Shown here: piece after piece, positions 17,683-25,895 of the stretch
Layout of the letters: each line of letters starts with the position of its first letter
Position numbering within the stretch: position 1 is the first letter of the stretch
DNA from: Candidatus Pacearchaeota archaeon
GTDB taxonomy: Archaea > Nanobdellota > Nanobdellia > Pacearchaeales > GW2011-AR1
Assembly (NCBI GenBank): GCA_041649755.1
Contig: JBAZMK010000001.1
Location: 66,826 to 130,825 of the forward strand
Direction: 5' to 3'
DNA length: 64,000 nucleotides
Notes under the pieces: generated by a model
What the model saw: the letters and a program-made list of their open reading frames with translations, nothing else
The model's database searches: none
What the model was told of the DNA's origin: nothing
Made by a program: the position numbers and the translations under genes

Positions 17683-18828
17683 TTAATCTTCCTCAATTTG
17701 CGGATATTCGTGCAAATTACCTTCAAAGTTTTTCATTATAACTTTTTTACTATTTATCTCCTGAATATAGTTTGGAATTGCAGGGACCTTTCCACCTCCT
17801 CCAGGGGCATCTATTACATAAGTAGGGACACATAAACCAGAAGTGTGACCCCGGATTGCTTTGTAGATTTCTTGTCCTTTTTCAACCCTTGTCCTAAAAT
17901 GGTTAGTTCCTCTGACTGGGTCTGCCTGATAGATATAATAAGGTCTGACCCTCATACTGACTAACCCCTGCATTAATTCTTTCATAACATTTGGGTCGTC
18001 ATTTACACCTTTTAATAAAACTGTCTGACATCCAACTGGGATACCTGAATCTGCGAGCATTTCACAAGCTCTTCGACTTTCGGGAGTGATTTCGTTAGGG
18101 TGATTAAAGTGGGTGTTGATATAAATGGGGTGATACTTTTTTAGAATATCGCATAATTGAGGAGTTATTCTTTGGGGGAGAACGCAGGGTATTCTCGTTC
18201 CAATACGAATGATAGAGTTTTTACGTTCTTTTAAGATTTTATAAATGGAACTTATTATTCTCTCTAAAATATTATCACTTAGCATAAACGGGTCTCCTCC
18301 GGAAAGTAAAACGTCGCGAATTTCCAAGTGACTTTTTATATAATTCAGGCCTTCAATTACTTCTTTCCATGTGGGTTGTTTGTTGATATCGCCGACCTTT
18401 CTTTTTCGTGTACAGAAACGGCAATACATTGCACATTTATTAGAAACCCTAAATAAAACTCTGTCTGGATATCTGTGGGTTATAAGTGATGGGACATTTA
18501 CTCTTTTTTGATGCTCAGGTTCTTCGTTAAGCGGGTCCTCACAGCCAAAAGAATCAGAAAGTTCTTCTTTAGATGGAATACATTGCTTGTAAATCGGGTC
18601 ATTTTTTTCTTTAATAAGGGAAAGATAATAGGGATTGATAAGGGCAGGATACTTTTTACAAACTTCTTTTATTTCCTGTTCTGGTAGACCTAAAAGGTAT
18701 GAAATTGAACATGGGCTTGAAAGGCTTTTTGACAAGATGCTTTTCCATTCAGGGATAACTAAAGCAACATTATTGGGATTAGGAGGTTCATCCTCTTCAC
18801 ACCCAGAGAATTCTACTATACTGCCCAT
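17683..18828 (-). CDS. KamA-family radical SAM enzyme (lysine 2,3-aminomutase-like)
   Basis: CAMYCRFCTR (CxxxCxxC), PLP-binding and GG motifs typical of the KamA family. Confidence 0.8.
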   Translation of the reverse strand: MGSIVEFSGCEEDEPPNPNNVALVIPEWKSILSKSLSSPCSISYLLGLPEQEIKEVCKKYPALINPYYLSLIKEKNDPIYKQCIPSKEELSDSFGCEDPLNEEPEHQKRVNVPSLITHRYPDRVLFRVSNKCAMYCRFCTRKRKVGDINKQPTWKEVIEGLNYIKSHLEIRDVLLSGGDPFMLSDNILERIISSIYKILKERKNSIIRIGTRIPCVLPQRITPQLCDILKKYHPIYINTHFNHPNEITPESRRACEMLADSGIPVGCQTVLLKGVNDDPNVMKELMQGLVSMRVRPYYIYQADPVRGTNHFRTRVEKGQEIYKAIRGHTSGLCVPTYVIDAPGGGGKVPAIPNYIQEINSKKVIMKNFEGNLHEYPQIEED

Positions 18829-18881
18829 CTAATGATGATAGATACAAATGAGTAAGTTTATAAATATTTCTCTAAAGAGTT

Positions 18882-19292
18882 TTGGTCGTTCAAAAAATTT
18901 ATAAACCTCAGTTAACTATAGTTAACATGTATCTGCTACCTCAGGAAATAGAAGTTTGGTATATCATACCTGCAGTAAGGAAAGAGTTAGCGATGCTTCT
19001 GATTAGTGAATATAGATTAAGTTACGAAAAGACGGGGGACACTCTCGGGGTCAGTAAAGCAGCAGTTTCTCAGTATGTGTCTAATAAAAGAGCTAATAAA
19101 ATTAAACTAAGTGATGAGGTAAAAAAAGAAATTAAAAAGTCTTCTAAAGTAATTTATGAAAACCCCCGAATGGCTGTTTTAGAAATTCAAAGAATTCTCA
19201 AATTTATGAAAGATACGAGCTGTTCTTGTAACGTCTGCAAAAGGTATAATAAAGAAGTAATTAAATATTGCAATTGTGAGCCGAGGTACTGA
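18882..19292 (+). CDS. HTH-domain protein with a C-terminal Cys cluster; candidate regulator of the downstream iscS-iscU genes
   Basis: HTH TGDTLGVSKAAVSQYV; C-terminus CSCNVCKRYNKEVIKYCNC; stop overlaps the iscS start (TGATG). Confidence 0.5.
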   Translation: MVVQKIYKPQLTIVNMYLLPQEIEVWYIIPAVRKELAMLLISEYRLSYEKTGDTLGVSKAAVSQYVSNKRANKIKLSDEVKKEIKKSSKVIYENPRMAVLEIQRILKFMKDTSCSCNVCKRYNKEVIKYCNCEPRY

Positions 19293-20440
19293 TGGTAAAA
19301 GAAATTTATTTGGATAATGCATCTACTACAAAAGTTTTGCCAGATGTAGCGAAGGGAGTTTTAGATGTTCTGACAAAAAATTACGGAAATGCTTCATCAC
19401 TTCATAAAAAGGGTGAGAAAGCAAGGGATATTACTGAAATGACCCGGGAGAAGGTTGCTAAGTTTATTAAAGCGAAGCCTTCTGAGATTATATTTACTTC
19501 AGGGGGGACAGAAAGTAATAACCTTGCGATAAGGGGCCTTGCAAAAGCCAATCCTAAGAAGAAGCATATTATTACTTCTGTAATTGAACATCCTTCAGTT
19601 TTAGAGACTTGCAAAGACCTTGAAGAAGAAGGTTACAATGTTGATTATGTAAAAGTAGACAAAGAAGGAATTGTTGATTTGAAAGACCTGAAAGATAAAA
19701 TTAATGACGACACATTGGTTGTTTCTGTTATGCATGTAAATAATGAAATCGGAACTATCCAACCGATTGAAGAAATTGGTCAAATTTGCAGAGAGAGAAA
19801 AGTTTATTTTCATACAGACGCCGTTCAATCATTTAAAAAATTGGAGATTGACGTTTCTGGAATGAATGTGGATTTGATGTCAGTTTCAGGACATAAGTTT
19901 GGTGCTCCAAAAGGAATTGGTTTTTTATATGTAAAGCAAGGAACGAACATCAAAGGGATTTTAACTGGTGGAGGACAGGAAAAAGGTTTAAGAAGCGGGA
20001 CTGAAAATACTTCTGGAATTGTGGGTTTAGCTGTTGCTTTAGATTTTGATTTTAATAGAGCAGAAATAAGAAAATTAAGAGATAAAATGATTGAGGAAAT
20101 TTTAAAAATTGGGGGAGTGAGAATTAATGGCTCTGTTGAAAAAAGGGTTCACAATAATATTAATGTTTCATTTTTTGGAATAGAGGGTGAGAGTCTTATG
20201 TTATTGCTTAATGAAAAGGGGATATTTGTTTCAACGGGTTCCGCTTGTGCATCCAGTAAACTACGGGAAAGTTATGTTCTGAAGGCTATAGGTGTTGATG
20301 AGATGTATATTAATGGGAGCATTCGGATTACACTGGGGGAGATTACTGAAAAAGACGCCGAAGATGTGGTCAAATGTATAAAAGAGAGTGTAGAAAGATT
20401 AAAAAAAATTAGTCCATTTAAATTTAAGGAGGAAATATGA
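19292..20440 (+). CDS. iscS: Cysteine desulfurase (IscS/NifS class V aminotransferase)
   Basis: PLP lysine motif SGHKFGAPKGIGFLYV; catalytic Cys loop SGSACASS. Confidence 0.9.
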   Translation: MVKEIYLDNASTTKVLPDVAKGVLDVLTKNYGNASSLHKKGEKARDITEMTREKVAKFIKAKPSEIIFTSGGTESNNLAIRGLAKANPKKKHIITSVIEHPSVLETCKDLEEEGYNVDYVKVDKEGIVDLKDLKDKINDDTLVVSVMHVNNEIGTIQPIEEIGQICRERKVYFHTDAVQSFKKLEIDVSGMNVDLMSVSGHKFGAPKGIGFLYVKQGTNIKGILTGGGQEKGLRSGTENTSGIVGLAVALDFDFNRAEIRKLRDKMIEEILKIGGVRINGSVEKRVHNNINVSFFGIEGESLMLLLNEKGIFVSTGSACASSKLRESYVLKAIGVDEMYINGSIRITLGEITEKDAEDVVKCIKESVERLKKISPFKFKEEI

Positions 20441-20631
20441 AGAAGATAACTAAAGAAATGACTTTTGCCGAATTAATTGAAATCAACCCCAAGGCAGCAC
20501 AAGAACTTGCGAGGCGCGGTTTATTTTGTGGAGGCTGTCCAATGGCTCAGTTTGAAACGATTGAAGAAGGAGCGACAATGCATGGGGTTGACGTTGAAAA
20601 ATTAATTAAAGAGCTGAATAAGGGGAAATGA
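20437..20631 (+). CDS. DUF1858-like small redox-disulfide domain protein
   Basis: FAELIEINPKAAQELARRGLFCGGCPMAQFETIEEGATMHGVD matches the hybrid-cluster-protein-associated DUF1858 pattern. Confidence 0.55.
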   Translation: MKKITKEMTFAELIEINPKAAQELARRGLFCGGCPMAQFETIEEGATMHGVDVEKLIKELNKGK

Positions 20632-21278
20632 AAATAACTTCAAATCCTAAGAGAAAAAATATCTTAGACACAATACATTTTGCGGGTAAAGAGATCTTAA
20701 TAAGGAATTTAAGAGGGAAGAAAGATGTCTTCAATCAAATTAAGAAAATTCACCTAGACAATAAAGATAGGCTAAAGGAAACAAAATCTAAATGTGAAGG
20801 AATCTTAAAAGAAAAAGAGAAAAAATTTCTTAATGAACTAAAAACGATTTTTGAAGTTGATTTAAATAATGATAAAATAGTTAATATCAATGCTTTTTTT
20901 GATTACAATATAGCAAATGTAATTGATGGTAAAAATATTTTTATAAATATATGGAGTAAAGATTGGCTGAACTATTTTTTATTTCATGAACTTGTGCATC
21001 TATATTATATTGATGCCTTAGAGAATCTAAAATTTAAAGAGATTAATGAGGCTGTAAAATCTCCTTTAATGGAGGGGATTGATCATTTAATTTTATTTAA
21101 AACCCCGATAAAAAAATTGTTTTTGACCCCAAACTATGAAGATGTTGGCTTTGTCGTAAAAAACAAAAAATTTATGGATGAGTTAGAAGAAAAATGGATT
21201 AATGGACATAGTTTTAACTCTTTCTTGAAAAAAGCCGTTAAAATTCAAAGAAAAACAAAAGGAGTTATAATTTGTTAG
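20628..21278 (+). CDS. Hypothetical protein with an HExxH motif (FHELVHLYY)
   Basis: ORF inside the isc cluster; possible zincin-like motif. Confidence 0.4.
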   Translation: MKITSNPKRKNILDTIHFAGKEILIRNLRGKKDVFNQIKKIHLDNKDRLKETKSKCEGILKEKEKKFLNELKTIFEVDLNNDKIVNINAFFDYNIANVIDGKNIFINIWSKDWLNYFLFHELVHLYYIDALENLKFKEINEAVKSPLMEGIDHLILFKTPIKKLFLTPNYEDVGFVVKNKKFMDELEEKWINGHSFNSFLKKAVKIQRKTKGVIIC

Positions 21279-21279
21279 T

Positions 21280-21657
21280 ATGAAAAACAATGTTTCTTAT
21301 AACGAAAAAGTTCTTGACTATTTCAAAAATCCAAGAAATATGGGTGAGATGAAAGACGCTGATGCAGAGGGGATAGTTGGAAACCCAACCTGTGGCGATG
21401 TGATGAAAATTATGATAAAAATAGAGGGAGATAAAATTAAAGACATTACTTTCCAAACTTTTGGTTGCGCGGCAGCGATTGCGTCTTCTTCTGCTTTGAC
21501 AGAAATTGTTAAGGGTAAGAGTTTAAAGGAAGCGAAGAAGATAACTAACGAAGACGTTGCAAAATATTTAGGACAACTCCCGCCGATAAAAATCCATTGC
21601 TCAAATCTTGCAGCTGACGCGTTAAGGAAAGCAATTGAGAATTGGGAGAAGAAATAA
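21280..21657 (+). CDS. iscU: Fe-S cluster assembly scaffold IscU/NifU-like
   Basis: Three conserved Cys in GNPTCGDVMK, GCAAAIASS, HCSNLAADAL. Confidence 0.9.
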   Translation: MKNNVSYNEKVLDYFKNPRNMGEMKDADAEGIVGNPTCGDVMKIMIKIEGDKIKDITFQTFGCAAAIASSSALTEIVKGKSLKEAKKITNEDVAKYLGQLPPIKIHCSNLAADALRKAIENWEKK

Positions 21658-21728
21658 ATTTTAAAAAAGTAATGAACCTTTCCTCCCTTTTGAAAGGTTC
21701 ATTGAGTATGATTAAATTAATAAATTAT

Positions 21729-21884
21729 TTATCTTTTTTTCTTTTTAGTGGTTTTCTTAGCGGACTTTTTCTTCTTCCTTCCACCTCGAGCCATCACAGC
21801 TTCACAAACATTGCCTGCCCCATCAACGTAGTAAAGGTGTCCAGGCTTTCTTGTGATAACCTTTTTAACAACAATTTTTCCCAT
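21729..21884 (-). CDS. Small (51 aa) basic protein with a strong SD (GGAGGT); missed by the ORF track
   Basis: MGKIVVKKVITRKPGHLYYVDGAGNVCEAVMARGGRKKKKSAKKTTKKKKR; GGAGGTTAAAATG upstream; more plausible than the antisense + ORF at 21642-21920. Confidence 0.4.
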   Translation of the reverse strand: MGKIVVKKVITRKPGHLYYVDGAGNVCEAVMARGGRKKKKSAKKTTKKKKR

Positions 21885-21968
21885 TTTAACCTCCTTTTTC
21901 AATCAATAATGATTAATTAAGTCTCAATTTATATTTAAATGTTTCTATTGTCGTCGTCCTTTTCTCGT

Positions 21969-22262
21969 TCAATGCAAGATCTCCAATAAATATTTCCCTT
22001 TTCCGGAGATATTTAATTTCCAGTTCTTAACGTCAACAAACTTTGTCGCAACAAAATTATCGTCAAGCCAGACTGCCTTGAAAGGTTTGCAGAAAAAAGA
22101 GTGAATAGAAATTTTCTTTTCTCGGTTAAATACAAATAATAGTGGCGGACTTCTACGACGGAACATCAATCCAAGAAATTTTTGAGGAATTGTTTTTAAG
22201 ACTTTCGCGTTTACCGAATGTTTCTTTCCTTTAAACCTATAATTGATATTCTTTAAAACCAT
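21969..22262 (-). CDS. DUF192 (COG1430) family protein
   Basis: GLMFRRRSPPLLFVFNREKKISIHSFFCKPFKAVWLDDN matches DUF192 (GLMxR...FW..N...PLD). Confidence 0.5.
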   Translation of the reverse strand: MVLKNINYRFKGKKHSVNAKVLKTIPQKFLGLMFRRRSPPLLFVFNREKKISIHSFFCKPFKAVWLDDNFVATKFVDVKNWKLNISGKGKYLLEILH

Positions 22263-22648
22263 CCCTTTTCCTCTTTTTTCCTTATAAATTTTTGATAGAC
22301 GTTTTCAACGGAACTTTCGTGAACTTTATCGTGATGAATAAAACCCCCACCGAAAGATTTTGGAATGTGCATTAATTCATGAATCACTACTTTTACTTTT
22401 TCATTATAGGGGAGTTTGTCAAATCTCTCTGAGATTACTTCAATAAGGTAAAATCCTTTTTTTCTTCCCATCCCAATTTGCATCGCTTTTCCAAGGGCAT
22501 GACATCTTGCGATTGTCCTCCTTGCTGAAGAGCCACGACTCCTAAGAAAAGCTACGTGCTCAAGAAAAATGTGGTCCCAATCTAAGTTGTAGATAATTTC
22601 CTCTGCGATTTTTTTTATGTCAGGTGCTTGTTCGTATTTAATTGGCAT
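22253..22648 (-). CDS. Zincin-like putative metallopeptidase (HExxH)
   Basis: VVIHELMHIPKSFGGGFIHHD. Confidence 0.5.
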   Translation of the reverse strand: MPIKYEQAPDIKKIAEEIIYNLDWDHIFLEHVAFLRSRGSSARRTIARCHALGKAMQIGMGRKKGFYLIEVISERFDKLPYNEKVKVVIHELMHIPKSFGGGFIHHDKVHESSVENVYQKFIRKKEEKGWF

Positions 22649-22856
22649 TTTTTACTTCTATGAGTTTATTCTTGGAATTCCGACCTTTCAATAATTTTAT
22701 TTCTGAATTAAAATATTTTTTTAAAAGCCTTAAGAGCTCAATGTTTGCTTTATTGTCTTCTGCTGGTTTTTTTAAAAACACTTTATATTCACTCTCTGAA
22801 ATTTTATGGATTTCTTGTTTTTTTGAATTTGGTCTCACCTTTATTTCAATTTTCAT
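22638..22856 (-). CDS. DUF167 (YggU-like, UPF0235) protein
   Basis: IKVRPNSKKQEI...EYKVFLKKPAEDNKANIELLRLLKKYF matches DUF167. Confidence 0.55.
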   Translation of the reverse strand: MKIEIKVRPNSKKQEIHKISESEYKVFLKKPAEDNKANIELLRLLKKYFNSEIKLLKGRNSKNKLIEVKNAN

Positions 22857-22857
22857 C

Positions 22858-24039
22858 TTATCTAGTGATTATTTCTATTCCATCACGATGTTTTAATGGG
22901 TGGTCTTTGCCTACTGGTTGTTTTGTTCTAACGTCAATCGCTTTGACGAATTTGTCTCCGATATCTGTGTGGAGTTTGTACGCGAAATCTAAAGCGGTTG
23001 AGCCTTTTGGAAGTAAAAAGCAATCTGGTAAAATATTACCTTTACTATCTGCGAGTTTTGCTCCCGCAGGAAAAACCGCAATGTAATTTAGTAATTCAAA
23101 AACTGATTTATCTAAAATCTCTTGAACGCCTGTTGAACCATAAATATCTAAAACATTTTTTTTAATCATCTTCAAGGCTTCTTTCTGTTTTTCATTTACT
23201 CTTTCTTCATTAATTTTAAACGATGAATCGCCTTGAGTATATTCTATCACCCCAGCTTTTGAAGCCTGACGCAATGAGAGTTCAGAGTCCGCTGAACAGG
23301 GGATTATCAATGCAGAAGGAAATTTTGTTTTTAATTCTTGAAGATTTTCTTTCGCATTTTCCTTATCTACTTTATTCGCTGCTATTATCATCGGCTTTGT
23401 CATTTGCCTTATTGTCTTTGTAAAGTTCATTAAGTCCTCTTCTTCCCAGCTTTCTGGATTTTCCCCATTTAATTTTAATTTTATTAAAACTGCTTTTATG
23501 TCGTCTTCTGAAACTTTTAATCCGGAAAATTGTTTTGCAACTACTTTTGCGAAATTTTGTTTGGTTGATTGAATTGAACGAGAAAGCCTATCCCAAACTT
23601 TTTGGAATATTCCCATATACCATTTGTCCAGTTCGCTTTCAAGCATTAAGACATCTTCTATCGGGTCGCCCGTCCCTTCCTTTCCTTCCTTGTCTGTCGT
23701 TCCTGAGATGTCTACTATATGGATAAACGCGTCTGCCTGTCGCAAGTCATCTAAAAATTGGTTTCCAAGACCTTTGCCTTCACTTGCACCTTCCACTAAA
23801 CCTGCAACATCCATTAATTCAACAGGAACAAAGCGGGTTTCGCCGTTGCAAAATCCAGTTCTTGGGTTACATCTTACACCTAGCTCTTTACAAAGTGCCT
23901 TAACTCTAACATAACCAATTCCGTGATTTGGTTTTATAGTTGCGAAAGGGTATGACGCAATAAGAACATCTGCTAGAGTCGTCGCTTTAAAAAAAGTTGA
24001 CTTTCCACATGAAGGTTTTCCAACAAGACCGATTAACAT
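22858..24039 (-). CDS. Obg-like GTPase/ATPase (YchF/Ygr210 family) with a C-terminal TGS-like domain
   Basis: G1 GLVGKPSCGKSTFF, NYPFATIKPNHG, NKVD motif. Confidence 0.85.
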   Translation of the reverse strand: MLIGLVGKPSCGKSTFFKATTLADVLIASYPFATIKPNHGIGYVRVKALCKELGVRCNPRTGFCNGETRFVPVELMDVAGLVEGASEGKGLGNQFLDDLRQADAFIHIVDISGTTDKEGKEGTGDPIEDVLMLESELDKWYMGIFQKVWDRLSRSIQSTKQNFAKVVAKQFSGLKVSEDDIKAVLIKLKLNGENPESWEEEDLMNFTKTIRQMTKPMIIAANKVDKENAKENLQELKTKFPSALIIPCSADSELSLRQASKAGVIEYTQGDSSFKINEERVNEKQKEALKMIKKNVLDIYGSTGVQEILDKSVFELLNYIAVFPAGAKLADSKGNILPDCFLLPKGSTALDFAYKLHTDIGDKFVKAIDVRTKQPVGKDHPLKHRDGIEIITR

Positions 24040-24076
24040 AAATTAGAAAGAAATAACAAGGTTAAAAAGATTTGTG

Positions 24077-24605
24077 TTAAAGTTCAAGTTCTTTGAAGAT
24101 TAGACCTTTTGTAAACTTAAATTTCCCTGTAACTAATTCATTTACTATCTTTTCTTTAAGGGGCTTAAATCCCAGTTTATTATAAATTTCGTTTGCTCTT
24201 TTTTCGTTTGGATCTTTAGAAGTATACAACCTAAGCCATTTTTTATTATCCATCTTAGATAGATTAATAATAAATCCTAATAAATCTCTACCAATTCCCT
24301 CCCCCCTAAAAGAAGGATTAACGCAATACCAACCCAGCCAATAAGCTTCTTTTTCATCATATTTTAAACTATAAAGACCTGTGACTCCAATAACTTTTCC
24401 TTTAGAATCAATGCCGTCCAATATTTAGTAATCACTAAATCAAACCGAGCATATAAAGACTTGTACTTTTCTGGATGTAAACTTGCTTTTAACCACTTCG
24501 GAGGGTAATCCTCATCGGAGGATTTAACACTAAAAACATTAACTAATAATTTCGATGCATCTCTTAAATTTTTTCGGATAAAGGAATAATTCTTATATTT
24601 TCCAT
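24077..24605 (-). pseudogene. GNAT N-acetyltransferase disrupted by two frameshifts (N-terminal segments lie in two other frames)
   Basis: Intact ORF 24077-24421 holds only GNAT motif A/B (RGEGIGRDLL) and starts right after a stop; upstream pieces MENIRIIPLSEKI* and ...DEDYPPKWLKASLHPEKYKSLYARFDLVITKY sit in the other two - strand frames. Confidence 0.5.
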
Positions 24606-24639
24606 CACTTTATAATTAGTAAAAGGTTTTTAGGGTTTA

Positions 24640-24963
24640 CTATATCGCTAAATAAAGAAACTTGGGACCTCCCCAAGTGTGAGGGGAATCCTGTGACCTT
24701 TTAACTGAAGTCAAAACTTTTTTACCTTTTACCATCGCGTCTATTATCCGAATTACCTCCCCTGACAAGCCATTATCTCCTAAAGAACCAATTATATGAT
24801 TATATAAGGCATAATAGGAAACCCAGTTATGTCCATCAAACCCTGCACGCCCAAGAGAAGGGTCAGGAGAATGTATATCATTAAAATCAGGTCTTTCTAA
24901 ATAGTCAATAACCACTTTTTCAATATCAGAATCACTTACAGTTCTACTTCCTGAAGGCTCCAT
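24640..24963 (-). CDS. Hypothetical protein (107 aa)
   Basis: ORF only. Confidence 0.35.
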   Translation of the reverse strand: MEPSGSRTVSDSDIEKVVIDYLERPDFNDIHSPDPSLGRAGFDGHNWVSYYALYNHIIGSLGDNGLSGEVIRIIDAMVKGKKVLTSVKRSQDSPHTWGGPKFLYLAI

Positions 24964-25013
24964 ATAGTTAGATAGTTAGGATATTTTTAAGTATTTGTGT
25001 GCTTAATAAGTAA

Positions 25014-25021
25014 TTTTATAA
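25014..25021 (+). promoter_or_regulatory. TATA box (ttttataa) centred about 26 nt upstream of the tRNA 5' end
   Basis: Canonical archaeal TATA-to-TSS spacing. Confidence 0.4.
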
Positions 25022-25042
25022 ACAATAATTTTGTAGGGTTTA

Positions 25043-25159
25043 GGTGAGCCCGTAGCTCAGCCAGGTAGAGCACTGCTCTTATATGACTGCGATTCAATGA
25101 ATTGTAGATTTTCTTCAGTCGAAGGAAGGCAGGGGTCCTGGGTTCAAATCCCAGCGGGC
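25043..25159 (+). tRNA. tRNA with a 43-nt intron at the canonical 37/38 position; anticodon reads TAT, so tRNA-Ile(UAU)
   Basis: Hand-folded cloverleaf: acceptor GAGCCCG/CGGGCTC, D stem GCTC/GAGC with GG in the loop, anticodon stem CTGCT/GGCAG, T stem CTGGG/CCCAG with TTCAAAT loop, discriminator A, no encoded CCA; exon 1 25043-25080, intron 25081-25123, exon 2 25124-25159. Confidence 0.75.
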
Positions 25160-25162
25160 TCA

Positions 25163-25190
25163 TTCAGTCCTCCTGCCTGGCAGGAGTCCA
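25163..25190 (+). terminator. GC-rich inverted repeat (agtcctcctgcc / ggcaggagtcc) immediately 3' of the tRNA
   Basis: Near-perfect palindrome that is GC-rich against AT-rich flanks; function (terminator or processing signal) inferred. Confidence 0.3.
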
Positions 25191-25328
25191 GCTCACAATC
25201 ATGTCTTGCTTAAAATAGTTTAAATACAAGAGAACGCAAGACCAAATTGTTCTACTCACAATCATGCCTCAAGAGGGCTCGTCTTTCTTAACCCCAATAT
25301 TTAAAAACCAATTTTCAATGATTATTTG

Positions 25329-25895
25329 ATGGGGACTACAAAGTACTTAAGAGAAGCTTGGAAAAAACCAGATGTAAAAGTCCTTAGAGAAAGGATGATT
25401 GAATGGAGAAAAGGCGAATCAGTTGTAAGAGTAGAAAAACCTCTAAGACTTGACAGAGCAAGAAATCTTGGTTACAAGGCAAAAAAAGGAGTAGTTATCG
25501 TTAGGATTAGGATTAAAAGAGGGGGGCACAAGAGAACTAGACCTTACAAAGCGAGAAGGACAAAAAGACTTCATATCAGAAAGAACCTTACTATGAATTA
25601 TAAAGAAATCGCAGAACAAAGAGTTGCGAGAAAATTCACAAATATGGAAGTTTTAAACTCCTATGTGGTTGGAAGAGATGGGATAAATTATTTTTACGAA
25701 GTGATTTTAGTTGACAGAAATGCTCCTGAAATAAAAACAGACAAGGAATTATCAAGATTTGTAAAATCACCAAAGAGAAGGGCTTTAAGAGGTCTTACAA
25801 GTGCAGGTAAAAAAGCAAGAGGGTTAAGAAACTCCCTAATTAAGTCACCAAAAGTTAGACCAAGTCTTAGAGCAAACAGAAGGCAAGGCAATTAG
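25329..25895 (+). CDS. rpl15e: Ribosomal protein L15e
   Basis: N-terminus GTTKYLREAWKKPDV and basic composition of L15e; start likely ATG 25329. Confidence 0.9.
   Translation: MGTTKYLREAWKKPDVKVLRERMIEWRKGESVVRVEKPLRLDRARNLGYKAKKGVVIVRIRIKRGGHKRTRPYKARRTKRLHIRKNLTMNYKEIAEQRVARKFTNMEVLNSYVVGRDGINYFYEVILVDRNAPEIKTDKELSRFVKSPKRRALRGLTSAGKKARGLRNSLIKSPKVRPSLRANRRQGN

Noticed and set aside
21642-21920. 92-aa + strand ORF downstream of iscU
   Set aside because: The opposite strand encodes a more convincing 51-aa basic protein with a strong GGAGGT SD (21729-21884). The + ORF is low-complexity (FLSGLFLLPSTSS) and lacks a start context.
22642-23914. + strand ORFs 22642-22896, 22745-23086, 23223-23423, 23535-23726, 23624-23914 over the DUF167/GTPase genes
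   Set aside because: Antisense to the well-supported Obg-like GTPase and DUF167 genes. Low-complexity products.
25189-25270. C/D box sRNA between the tRNA and rpl15e
   Set aside because: The repeated 12-mer contains CATGATTG on the - strand, but there is no exact C box (RUGAUGA) / D box (CUGA) pairing with terminal stem. It is left as an unexplained repeat.
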